Positions 11,267 through 22,156 of a stretch of DNA of 64,000 nucleotides are shown in pieces. The position numbers were made by a program, and so were the translations under genes. Position 1 is the stretch's first letter. Every line of letters begins with the position of its first letter. The notes under the pieces were generated by a model. That model made no database searches, had not been told where the DNA came from, and saw only the letters and a program-made list of their open reading frames with translations. Source of the DNA: Rebecca billardiae RCC1528 (lineage: Eukaryota > Protista > Haptophyta); assembly GCA_965240325.2 (NCBI GenBank), contig OZ251245.1:1240001-1304000 (forward strand). The letters run 5' to 3'.

Positions 11267-12859
11267 TGGAGGCGTCCACGGCGTACCCGTATTGATTGGG
11301 ACAGGCGATGCGCGAGGACAGCTGAGGGCAAGCCAGCCCGCGCGGTCCGAGCGTGCGCAGCGCGCGCCGCTGGGCTTGCGTGGCGGCAACAGGCTCCGTT
11401 GTGCGGCAGACGGTCGAGTCCGGGGCACACACGTGCTGACGCAGTCGCCTACGCAACTGGCTTCGGCTGCCGTGCCTTCGCGGTCGTGCACCAAGCCTGC
11501 GTCGCCGCGCGCCGACGCGCCGCCGGCGCGGCGGAGTGCGGGACGCGGTGCCGCCGCCAGTCAGTCGTCCGGCTGACGAGTCCGCGTCGTTCAGTCACAC
11601 ACGGACGACGGCTGCCGCGTAATGACCGGGCTGGCCCGCGGCCGCCCACCCAGCCAGTCCCAGGGTGTCCGGAGTCGTGACCGTTGGCAACGGTCACGAC
11701 AGTGCTCAGGCCTCCTCCGAGAAGTTCGGCGCGTCGGGCTCGATCGTCATGCCGGCTGTCATGCCGCGCGCGCTAAATATTATCGTCGTCGATCGATTAA
11801 TAATCTAAACGGGCGCCGTCGCCATTGCAAACTTATTCAAAACTTAAACTACGTCCGTACCGTCGGCTAGTACCGCTCAGATACTGCTCCAGCAGTCAGA
11901 CTGTCAGTCCGACGGTCACTCCGGGACCGCCGGACTCAGACTCAGTGCGTGACTTGTACTCTCCGGACCGGCACGGATGACCGCACGGTCCGACAGACGA
12001 GTCGGATCGACGGAGACAGGAGAGCCAGACTGAGACACGCGTCAGTTCGATAACGTGAGACAGTCATAGCACCGTACTCCGTAGTAGCCGACGAGGGCTC
12101 GGACAGTCGGACTCGACGTGTCAGTCCGTCAGACCGTCCGCCGTACGCGTCAGTGACGAGACAGCGGCGCCAGTCGGTCGCCAGTCGACTGTCGAGTGCG
12201 GCACCGGGGCGGGAGCCGGAGCCGCTGTCCGAGTGGCACGCGGGTCCGAGCAGTTACACCGTGACGCCCGGCCTAAGTCGGTCCGCGCAAGACAGAAGTC
12301 GTGAGAAGACGCCGGCGGATCTGATCTGACTTACTGAGACTGAGCAGATGGCATCATATTCATATATAGCAGCATGCTGATCATATAAGTATATAGATAG
12401 CATCAGCCGTACCGCAGCAGTAAGGCTGATGTAGGCCGCCTGCGCGGCCCTGAGCGGGAGCCTGATGCCAGCTGACTCCTGTCTGAGGCGCGCCCGGCGC
12501 TGCCGCGCCCGGCACCCGGCTCCGGCGCGGCCGGTGCAGGTCAGCCGTCACTCGTCAGGGTGTCAGCGGTCAGGACCGCGTCCGGCGTCCAAAATCTACG
12601 AGTCTGTCCGCGGTCTCGGCGCCCGGGTCCGGACCTTGAAGTCACTCAGCTGCGTCCGATGCCGCCATCCACAGAGGTATACAAAGTCCGTCTCCACGAT
12701 CGTCAGAGTCACGCCGCCTCCTGACTAAGGCCGCCGGGCGCGCGCGCGTCGCGCCCCGGCCGTGAGGTGATCGTGAAGAACTGCGCGCGCGTACGGCGCG
12801 CGCGCGTGCCGCGAGGGCTGAATTGGAATGGAACCCTGCCGTGCCAGGATATGCCCATC

Positions 12860-13190
12860 GCCCTCTGTCCTCGGGCGTCGCCCGTCCCAATGAATACTGG
12901 TACGCAGTGGACACCTCCACCTGCAGGCGTACAAGCGAACGGCGGCGGGCGACGAGGGGCACTGTGATGTGCGTGCTGCATCCAGGCAGCGCGCCGGACG
13001 CGTACCTGAGCTTCCTGAGAAGCTGGGCCTTGCATCGGGCTGTGCTGTTCTCGGCGGACGCGCGTCGTGTGAGCTTCACCATAGCCAGCCCACCCTGGGT
13101 GTCGACGACCTTGTAAACATCGCCATGCGTGCTCGTCATCGTACCGCATAACGGTTCAGCCTCTCCGTAAGCCGCAGATGGGACATCCAT
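12860..13190 (-). pseudogene. Second, diverged kinase N-lobe fragment, inverted relative to the first
   Basis: MDVPSAAYGEAEPLCGTMTSTHGDVYKVVDTQGGLAMVKLTRR...AQLLRKLR; DNA alignable in inverted orientation to ~10876-11010 and ~11265-11330. Confidence 0.6.
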
Positions 13191-15015
13191 CTGCTCGACT
13201 CCTCGCTGGGGAGCCTCGGGTCGCGCGCCGAATTCACCGACTTGCGCGACCTCAGCAGCCGGCCGAGCGGCGCCCAGCCGCGCATGCTTGCCCCCTCAGC
13301 ACGGCGCGGCGCGGCGTGCACTCGGGCCAACGGGTGCCGCACGACATTTAGATAAAGAGCTTCTGCTCCTGCACTCGCAGGTTCCATAGCACGAGCGCGC
13401 CCAAGGCGAAGAGGAAGGCGTCGACGGGTGCGGGCAGCGCGTGTTCGTCGTGCTCCCCCGAGGAGCGCGCCGAGGGCAACGCCACGTGCGCGGCGCCGGC
13501 GACGCCGGGCAGCGTGCTCATGGTGTCGTTGAGGAATTCCGAGATTCCTCTCCCAGACGCGGCGGCGGCGGTGAGGCCGCGCCGCCCTGCTTGGAAGGAG
13601 CTCCGACTCCCAAGAGGGCCTTCGGCTGCAAAGCTGATTCTCTTCCGATCTCCTAGCCGATCTTCGTTTAGTCTATTGGTCCGACGAAGCACAGAAAATG
13701 TTTTTTTGGGGGCCTCGGCGTGCCGATCTCGCACGTTAGTTTGGCAAGCGGTACAGAAACGCTGCGCAGCAGACGACATTTTCTCATGTTGCCGAATGGT
13801 ACGACTGCACCTAGGGGTCGGTAGCAGTGTCGCCACCATCCGCCAGAGCGAGCTTGTTGTGATTTTCGACCACCACCGCATGTTTTGGGCTCCACGGATG
13901 GAGCGCGTGAAGCCGTCGCGGTCGCTGCCGCCTTGCGACTCCACGGCGGCAACGCCGACCGACATGTGGCACTTGTAGATGACACCCAGCTTGATGCTCA
14001 CACATCGTGGTTCACTGTGCTCGACCGGACCCGTACGAGGTTCATCCACAATGCGTTTTGGTCCTCGCCAAGCACGGCATTGTACGTCACGCCGGGGCTG
14101 CGCGCGCAAGCCGCTGCGGGTCGCTCGCGTCGTCAGGTGGTTGCGATCGAGCATCGGCGCGCATGTAGAGCAAGCCTCGGAGGTAGCCGGAACATCTTGC
14201 CATGCCGCGTGCGTGGATGGTATCGCACCTGTAGACACGCCATGCGTGTGCCGCAGTCGATTTACGCGCCGCTCGACCCGCACGCTCTTGGATTCGTGGG
14301 CTCGTGGTCCACAAGGACGGCCGCCACCATCGTGGGAGTCCGTGGCCGCACGCACGATGGCGGTTGCCCTCTCTTCGCCCCGCCCCAGAATCGGTGTGCC
14401 ACGGGCAGCAACGCGCCTGGCGGCGTGGGCGACGGTGCGGGCGGCAGCGCGGGCATCCGGTGCGAGCACCCGCCGGCGCCGTCCGTGCCCAGGGTCGCCG
14501 CTCGGCTGCCAGGGGCGAGCAACTGACGCTGTCATGCCGATCCTATGTAGCCGTCCCTGGCGCGGATCCTATGGCATAGGATCGCGCGCGCGCGCGCGGT
14601 CGCGCGCGCGCGCGCGCGACCGCCGTGGCAGTGGCGGCAGGCGGAGATGGTGTGTGTCGACAGCCGGTGGAGTTGTGTGTACGATATAGCAACACCGATG
14701 ATCGTATGCGCAAAACTGAGCCGCTGGCGCTCTGGTGAACTCATCCTATGCCATAGGATCAGATCCTATCTGTTGCAGTGGGACTGGGATATCCGTTATT
14801 AGTATGACCGCGTTCCGCGGTCCTTTTCCGTAGAACGAACGTAGTTCAGGGCCCGCGGTGGCGGTGCACCCTCCATCGCAGTCGTCTATTGACAGACCCG
14901 GAGTTGCATGCCCGTACAACTAGACTCCAGCGGCGCGCCGCCGCCCGCCGCGCCCGGGGCGCGGGCCCATCGGCGCACTTCGTTCGCAGCCGCCGGCGCG
15001 GCGCCGATTGTGTAC

Positions 15016-15336
15016 AGGCGGATGCGACGAGGCGTGATCGACGCATGAGCGCGACTCCACGTGCACGCCAGGCCACGCGAAGCTGACAGCCAGGGAGCAC
15101 GGTGCGGGGCCGCGGATTCGTTCGGGCCGCTGCTGCTGACTGACCGCTGTCCCGCCGCGGGTCACCGCGCACCGGCAGCGCCAGGATAGTTAGATGATTT
15201 GCACTGGTCCGAGTAGGGTTCGACCAGCGCCTGCGCGACGGCCGACAGGCGGGCGCGAGGCGTGATCGACGCATGAGCGCAACTCGACGTGCACGCCAGG
15301 CCACGCGGAGCTGACAGCCCGAGGGAGCACGGTGCC
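15016..15336 (+). repeat. Two ~90-bp direct repeats (~15016-15106, ~15247-15336)
   Basis: GAGGCGTGATCGACGCATGAGCGC..ACGTGCACGCCAGGCCACGCG.AGCTGACAGCC..GGGAGCACGGTGC occurs twice. Confidence 0.8.
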
Positions 15337-17229
15337 GACGGGTCGGAGGTGCGACTGGGCACCAGTCACTACGGATCGTTCGCGCACGCCGCGCGTGCAC
15401 GGGCTGACACACCTCGATCAGGCTCGGCACGCGTTGCAGAGGCACAGCCAGCTCTGGGGACGTCACGCACCACCGTCGCCCGCGCAGCTCGTCCTCCTCG
15501 TAGAGTACCGTTCAGTTCCGAGGCGTAGCCCTCGCTCAGAGTCGACCGTCGACGATGGACTCGGATCGTCGGCGCTCGACCCGGAAAGGCATGGCAAGGG
15601 CGGCGCGTGGTGAAGTCGAAGACTCAGAGATCGATCAGTCCGGCATCAGGCGCCGCTGCCCCCGAGCTTGCGAGAGCCCGAATACAGGGCGGCTGCCGCG
15701 GCGCGGCCGGGGCGCCGCGGCGCCGACCGGCGCGCGGCCGCGCGCAGGCATCGACACGGGGCGGCGGGGGCGCGCGGAGTGAGCGGGGGCACGAACGCGA
15801 TGTCGACGGCAGTCGGGACCCGCCGCAGCCGCGCGCTCCAGGCGCAACTCGCCGCGCGCACCTGCCCATCGCCGTCCTCACCCGTCGGTCGCTCGTCAGC
15901 TCGCCTCGGCTCTCGCGCGGTCTCGCCGCAGCCGTGGCGTACAAACAAAACGCGGGCCCGCGCGCCCCGGTGTCAGATAGTATTGAGATTCGCCGAGGTT
16001 GGCCCATCGGCTACTGACCCTTGCCTCGTCGGCTCCTGATACAGACACGGCGCGATTGAATAGTTGATTCAACTGATTCAAGGGACGTACATGGTCACAT
16101 CGGTTCGCGGCAATCTCTATATCTAGATACGTCATCGAGCTCCTTGGACCTTGCTGCAATCTCATTCATTGGCCGGAAAAATCGCTTGTAACGGTTCGTT
16201 ACGTTAGGGATCCTAAAGGGCGTGAAGTTTTTTGGACGGGCGTCACTCGTCCACGCTTTACTATGAACTTGCCGTGGGCGCGACCTTTTTCGGCCGTGAT
16301 GCGTGTTAGAGAGGGTCTCAAAATTCGAAACTCGGTCTCCTCCAGCCATGAAAATCGTCCCCCGTCCCTTTTTTCTTGATCAAAGATCTTTTTGAAACGT
16401 GGTTAGGGCCCACGGAGCGGGCTCCACGCTGCGCGCTCCGCCCTGCACCGCGGGCCATAATAATAATATAATAATATAACGCCTGCTGATGTTTTAAAAG
16501 TATAGTACTACTAAGCTCCGCGATAGACGGGGCTACGCCGCGTCGCGGGCACGGGGCAGGCTTCACGGTACCGCGTCGTCTGTACTCACATTTCAGACGA
16601 TATCCGTGATCATCGATATACTACGAGTACGACACCAGAGCTTACTGCTTACTCTTAGCCTTAGGCGGGGGGTCTGAACCGGAGCCGCGGAGCCCGGTCT
16701 TAGCAGTCTGACCGGGCTGGGCCGCGCGAGCCGCCGGACCGCGCCGGCGCAGCCGCAGTGAACGAATGAACTTGCCGTCGGTACTCCGTCTCCCCGAGAG
16801 ATCAGAGATCGGGCGTCACTGTGACCGTGAACGGCGTCGTCGCACAGGCGCGCGGACTCAGGCCGGAGTCGCACTCGACGGGCCCGCGCCGACGGGCCGT
16901 GCCTTGAGTTACGAGTTGGTCTGAGACACGGCGGCGGGAGCCTGATGATCAGTGAGTAGTCATAGTGAGCCAGGCCGACTCCCAAAGTCCGTCTCCCACT
17001 CGGCCGACTCCGAGACCGAGACCGAGTCCCGACGAGCCCGACGATGATGAAGTCGCGGACCATGAGCCAATCGTCTCGGCGGCGTGCGCGCACTTAGCAC
17101 AGGCGGCACTGATGCACCCACTGCTCGCAAATCAGAGCTCGAGCCATCTGCGCTGATCGCGATGGCGCCGCACGGACTTGACGAGATGGTGTGCGCATTC
17201 AACGTGTACGCCACGCGTGTCCGCACCCC

Positions 17230-17291
17230 GTCACCAGGCTGGCTGAGACGGTCACCAGGCTGGCTGAGACAGTCACCAGGCTGGCTGAGAC
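17230..17291 (+). repeat. 21-bp tandem repeat x3
   Basis: GTCACCAGGCTGGCTGAGAC(G/A) three times. Confidence 0.9.
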
Positions 17292-17385
17292 GCGCCCGCG
17301 GCAGCACGCCAGCCGCCGCACGGCTCCGGCAGCTGCCGTCGGGACACGAGCTGCGCGCGCGGCCCCGCCGAGCCCGCCACGCGCG

Positions 17386-18804
17386 CTAGCGCGGCGCGCG
17401 GCCCTGCTGCGCCCGCGCCTGCTCCAAGTACCCATCGATGAGCTTCTTAATAGAAGCGGCCTGTGAGTCGGGGATGGCGCACTTGGGCGGCGGCGCGGCG
17501 TGCTTGGCGCGGTGCGCGGCGACCACCTTGTCTGCCACCTTCTTGAGGATGCGCTTGTACTCCTCGCGCCCGATCTCGCGCGCGTGGAACGGCTGGTCCA
17601 GGAACGGCCGCGAGAACACCACAATCGCATTCTGGCAGATACGCCGAGAGACGCCGAGATCGGGCGCGGAGGGGGCGCGCGTGAGCGCGCGGAGGGCGCA
17701 GGCCCGCGCGGCGCGGGAGGGGTGGGCGTGTGCGCGCGGCACACCCTGCGCCACCCGGCCGCGCGCGCACACCTTCCACCGCTTGTACTCGCTGTCGAGC
17801 TCGGAGCCGCCGGCCGCGTCCTCCCGAGCGTCGTCCGCACTGCTGCCTCTGCGCGGGCCGGGCGCAGCGAGCGCGGCGGCCTCCGTGCCGCCCTCGCGCT
17901 GCCGGCCGCGGTCGGCGTGGTCCCTCGCGCCACGGTGGCGCGGGCGCTCGTCCACGTCGTCCTCATCGTCCCACCCGCCGCCCCGTGCCTCTGCGGCCTG
18001 CCCTCCCTCGTGTGGCAGCCCGCCGCCGTCGCCCACAGCCGCGGCGTGGTGAGGCGGCGGCGGCGGCGGCGGCGGGTGCAGATGCGCACCGGCCGCGGGC
18101 TGCTGCGCGGAGGGCGGCGCGAGGCCGGCGGACAGGAGCGCCGGGTTGGGCGGCGGGGGCGGCATGCCCGGCAGGGGCAGGCCCATCTGCGCCAGCGGAT
18201 TCGCCAGCGGGTTGAGCGCCCCGAGCGCGCCAGCCATCAGCGCCTGTGCCTGCGCCTGCGGGTCAGAGCCCGGCCAGCCGCTCGCGCCGCCCGCGCCGGG
18301 CATCGGCGGCATGTGAGGCACGTGCGAGGCACCCGGTCCGAGGGGGATGCTCGCTCCGCCTACCAGCGCGGGCATCGGCGGCGGCGGCGGCGGCCATGCG
18401 TGCGCCACCGCCGCCTCGCCCGCGCCCGCGCCGCCACCCTCCGCCTCCCACCTCGAGCGCTTGCGCGACCTCTCGTCCGCGTCGCCACCGTTGGCGTCAG
18501 GGTGGGCGGGCGGCGGCGGGGGCGGCGGGGGAGCGTACGCCGCGAGCTGTGCCGGGCTGACCCACGCTCCACGCCGGCCGCTGCGCGCGTGCGGCGGACG
18601 CGCGCCGAGCGTGCGCGTGCGCGCGTGCGGGTGAGCGCACATGCGCAGTGCGGCAGTGGCGCGCGCGCGCACGCGAGGAGCGCGGCGGACGCACGTTCCC
18701 GCGTGTTCGTAATCCGCGTGCCACACAAAGTCGGGCGGCACGTTCGCTGGCCGCTCGGGGGCTGGCCGCGCCGGCGGCGGCGGTGAAAGGCCGTCGGCGG
18801 CCAT
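17386..18804 (-). CDS. Proline-rich protein with C-terminal SRI-like (SCAF11/PHRF1-type RNA Pol II CTD-binding) domain; probable introns 18581-18694 and 17632-17772
   Basis: RKRSRW motif; C-terminus RPFLDQPFHAREIGREEYKRILKKVADKV...SIKKLIDGYL fits the K..L.P.Y....I..EEYK.I.KK...KV...KI..LV..YV pattern. Confidence 0.7.
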   Translation of the reverse strand: MAADGLSPPPPARPAPERPANVPPDFVWHADYEHAGTCVRRAPRVRARATAALRMCAHPHARTRTLGARPPHARSGRRGAWVSPAQLAAYAPPPPPPPPAHPDANGGDADERSRKRSRWEAEGGGAGAGEAAVAHAWPPPPPPMPALVGGASIPLGPGASHVPHMPPMPGAGGASGWPGSDPQAQAQALMAGALGALNPLANPLAQMGLPLPGMPPPPPNPALLSAGLAPPSAQQPAAGAHLHPPPPPPPPHHAAAVGDGGGLPHEGGQAAEARGGGWDDEDDVDERPRHRGARDHADRGRQREGGTEAAALAAPGPRRGSSADDAREDAAGGSELDSEYKRWKVCARGRVAQGVPRAHAHPSRAARACALRALTRAPSAPDLGVSRRICQNAIVVFSRPFLDQPFHAREIGREEYKRILKKVADKVVAAHRAKHAAPPPKCAIPDSQAASIKKLIDGYLEQARAQQGRAPR

Positions 18805-19057
18805 GGCGGCGGCGGCCGGGGCCGAGGCGAAAATACGCGCGGGCGTTCCGCAGCGAAAAATAACTCGAGGAAAAAGATCCGCGGCCCCGGCCGTGCTACG
18901 CAAACGATATCCGCCTCGATGACCCCTTGCTGGCACTACGGTGGCAAGTGGCAGACTGACTGGCTACCACTCTCACAACTCACTGTCTGAAACCGACACG
19001 GTGACGGTGACCATTTAGACCAACTTAGCCGACCGGGCATCTGTTGAGGAGACTGAG

Positions 19058-19295
19058 TGACGACCAGCCGGGGTCATCGTGCGGCGCTGAAGGCGAGTGA
19101 AGCCTGGCCAGACCTGTGACTGGCAGTGACTGAGTGGTCACTGCACCTGACCACCCGTACGGCCCGCCTCACCAGCACGGCCGATGACGACCAGCCGGGG
19201 TCATCGTGCGGCGCTGAAGCCTGGCCAGACCTGTGACTGAGTGGTCACGGCACCTGACCACCTAGTGACCTACGGCCCCCTCACCAGCACGGCCG
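19058..19295 (+). repeat. Tandem ~110-125-bp duplication
   Basis: TGACGACCAGCCGGGGTCATCGTGCGGCGCTGAAG...CTCACCAGCACGGCCG twice; copies differ by short indels. Confidence 0.85.
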
Positions 19296-19339
19296 TAACG
19301 GGCGTCTGTACAGAGTAGTGCGTCCGACCGGGCCGCCCT

Positions 19340-20462
19340 CCAGCACGAGCCGCACGCTAGGTGGCGCGCTCCTTCCGCTTCCCTGCCGATTCAGATTTGA
19401 CACCTGGCATCATTGGTCCCGTGAGCTGCGGCTGCTGCAGCCGCAACGTGCTGGCGCGGCGAGACAGCCTGGAGTGAGTGCGGACCAAGACCGTGACACT
19501 AAGCACCGTGGCTTACTCGTGCAGCATCCGCACCGTGCGCGCACAAAGAGTTCATAGCGTAACGCAGGGCGACGCGCGCGCGCGGCGAGCGAGCCGGACA
19601 ACCACCGCCCGCCTCCACATGCAGCCCCCGCGCGCGCGGCGCGCACCATGACCATCCGCCCCAGAGTGCCGCATAGCGCGCAGCGTGCGCGGTCGCACCT
19701 GGGTCGTTGGACGTATGCCGTGGCGCGGGCACGGCGCGGCGATGCCGCGCTTGCTTCTCCCGGGGGCCTGAGGCCCCCACGCGCGGCGGACTTCGTGCGC
19801 GCGCCCCGCCTGATGAGCGCGCGGCGCGCGGCCATCGAGCCTCCATGTGCTGGGCCGTTGCGCGTGCCGCCTGGTGCGTATTCGGTCTCGTCAGATGCGT
19901 GCTCGGTCTCGTCAATCGTTACCCGCGTCGCTTGCGGCAGGCAGCCCCCCTTCTAGCGGTTCTCGAGGCCAAACCATCGACGCTTGGACGCCTACGGCCG
20001 CGCGAAGCGACGGCGCCGAGCGGGCGCGCGCGCCCGGTACGAGAGGTAGACTCCCACATCGTGCCTCCACACCCCGCCCGCGCCAGCGCACCCGCCCCTG
20101 GAGCTCTTCCCGCTCGTCGACGGCGCTCGGCACCCGAGCCGAGCCGAACGTGTGCACGGCGCACGACGCAGCGCGGCGCGACGGGCGCGGCGCGGCGCGC
20201 TCGGAATTTTCCTGAAGAGGGCTCCGAGCGTACGGGCCGACGCGCCCACTCGCGGCGCGCTCCGCGCGCGCCCCGCCAAATGCGCGTGGGGCCGCGAGGC
20301 GCGGGTCGACACGCTCGGGTGCTCGGCGCGGCCGTCAACAGGCCCCCCCCGCGAGTTGAAGAGCGTCCCCGGATTCCATTTTCCGGACTCTCTTGATGCT
20401 ACGCAAAGCCGCGGGGGCGGCCGTCCCGTCGAAACGGACGTGCCCCCCCCGCGGAAAAAGCA
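19340..20462 (-). mobile_element. Internally deleted, diverged relative of the 41706-44497 element
   Basis: Alignable in reverse complement to ~41706-42660 and ~42880-43110 (e.g. CTGCGGCTGCTGCAGCCGCAACGTGCTGGCG, CCCTGCCGATTCAG). Confidence 0.8.
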
Positions 20463-21205
20463 CTACGCGGCGCGTGATATCAAGGGCCGTCATCCGGTAG
20501 CGTGGTGTTGAACGTGGCCCTGTGATGACGGTCACTGGTCAGACGGTGACGCTGGGCCTGGTACAGTAGCGTTGATCAGGAGCCTGGTGAACAAGTGGTG
20601 GGCTGGGGGCAGTCCATCGCCGCATCGCGACCTGACCGAAGTAGCATAATTATAGTTATCGACTTGTTCGCAGCCTGGCCATCGGAGGGGCTACTGCGTT
20701 AGTGCGTACGGATCGCGCGGCCGGACGGACGCTGTGACAGCTCGTCTGAGACGGAGGCTCGAGCTCGAGCTCGAGCCTCTGAGTGACTGTGACAGCGTGA
20801 GGCAGTCCGCCTCGTGTCCGATCGAGACTCGACTGCCGGCGCCGCCTGGCAACGACGAGGCATGCGATGCGCCTAGGCGGATGGCAAGGATGCTGCCGAG
20901 ATCTTCCCGGAGCACCAGTCACCAGACGTTGTCGGTGACGGGGTTGGCATATGATGTGGGTTGGCCAGGTCGCCCTTGGCCTTGTGGAGCGGCGGAGCGC
21001 CTCAGGCAGCGGGCGGCCGCTCCTGCGCTCCAATCGGCGATGGGGTGACGCACGCGGCTCTTCGCGTGGCGGCGGACGCGGCCGGCGGCGATGCAACCAC
21101 GTCCATCTGTACCACGCACCGCGCCGCGTCCGTCGGCGCGTGCGCCGCGCGTGGCTTCCCGTGCCGACGGCCCGCCGGCGGCGCGCTCGGCCTCAGGTCG
21201 CGGCC

Positions 21206-21954
21206 TCAGGCGCCCTTGGCCTTGCCTGCCGGCTGCTGCGCCGTGCCCGCGGAGCCGGCCACCCACGCTGCTCTGAGGAGCAGCACGATGATCAGCAGGA
21301 TCAGGTAGAACCCGTACCTGCGCAGCAGGCTCTTGCGCTTGGCGGGGGCCGCTCCCTTCGCCGACTTTGCGCCGGCGCGCTTCACGCCCACGAACGTTTT
21401 CGCGCTGACGGCCGCGCCGTCGCCCGCGCCCGAGCTGACGGCCGAGAGGACGAAGCTCGTGGGCGAGGTGACCGTGAACACGGTGATCGTGCTGCCGTCT
21501 TGCGCCTGCGCGCGCGCGCGCATGCACGCACGCCGGGGCAGCGCGCCGTCGCGTACGTGAGCACAGCCCAAGCCAGGGCGTGTGCCGGCGCGCGCGCTCG
21601 CCATGCGCGCGCCTGCGATAGCTGCTGTGTGCCGCCCTGGTGGGGCGCAAAGTCAAAGGAGAAGAGCTTCGCACCGATCTCGCCCCCCTCCTGCACGCCA
21701 TAGAACCCGCCGGCCGCGGACCTGCCCGCCTCCAACGCGACTGCGACCTCCAGTTGCTTGCCGGCCTCTGAGTATGTGCCTCGCAGCTCGTTTTCGGCGT
21801 GTGCGCGCAGCGAGTACTCGCACGGCGTGGCGCCACCAGCTTCGGTCTTCTCGATGTCCCAGTCACCCTCGAAGTACTCCACGAAGTTGAAGGCGAGCGC
21901 GGACGCGGGCAGGAGCAGCGCGAGGGCGGACAGCGCGTGCGATGAGGCCACCAT
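21206..21954 (-). CDS. Uncharacterised type I membrane protein (signal peptide, luminal domain, C-terminal TM); GC-AG intron 21506-21612
   Basis: MVASSHALSALALLLPASALAFNFVEYFEGDWDIEK...; second exon in another frame ends RRYGFYLILLIIVLLLRAAW; join CAG|GCGCGC...GCGCAG|GCGCAA preserves frame. Confidence 0.75.
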
Positions 21955-22156
21955 CGTCACGCGTGGCTCCGCGCCGAAAGTAGAAAATCGCGGAAGAATT
22001 AATCGCTGGACAGCATGCGCGATTTTTTCAACGCGCAGCGTCACCAGGACCGCGCCGCTCCGCCGGTGCCGGCGTGGTACCGTACGCGCGTGACGATCAC
22101 GATGCACATGCGGGTGCGCAGCGGGCTCGGAACAGCATCAGACCGGTACGTACACG

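Larger units (their letters stand above)
10430..14795. mobile_element. Non-autonomous TIR DNA element carrying gene fragments; superfamily unassigned
   Basis: TIR CGGATATCCCA / TGGGATATCCG; flanking TTAT duplicated (10426-10429, 14796-14799); subterminal palindrome ATCCTATG(G/C)CATAGGAT at ~10466, ~14566 and ~14743. Confidence 0.8.

Noticed and set aside
13360-13440. DAFLFALGALVLWNL as kinase subdomain IX
   Set aside because: Weak match, and it lies upstream of the N-lobe fragment on the same strand (wrong order).
13720-14010. Fanzor/TnpB-like motifs (CVSIKLGV, VVPFGN, CTACQTNVRD), and QRTVAEMLTRL..IIVPFG at ~10690-10760
   Set aside because: Catalytic Asp absent, motifs in different frames and spaced far too closely; not supportable without an HMM hit.
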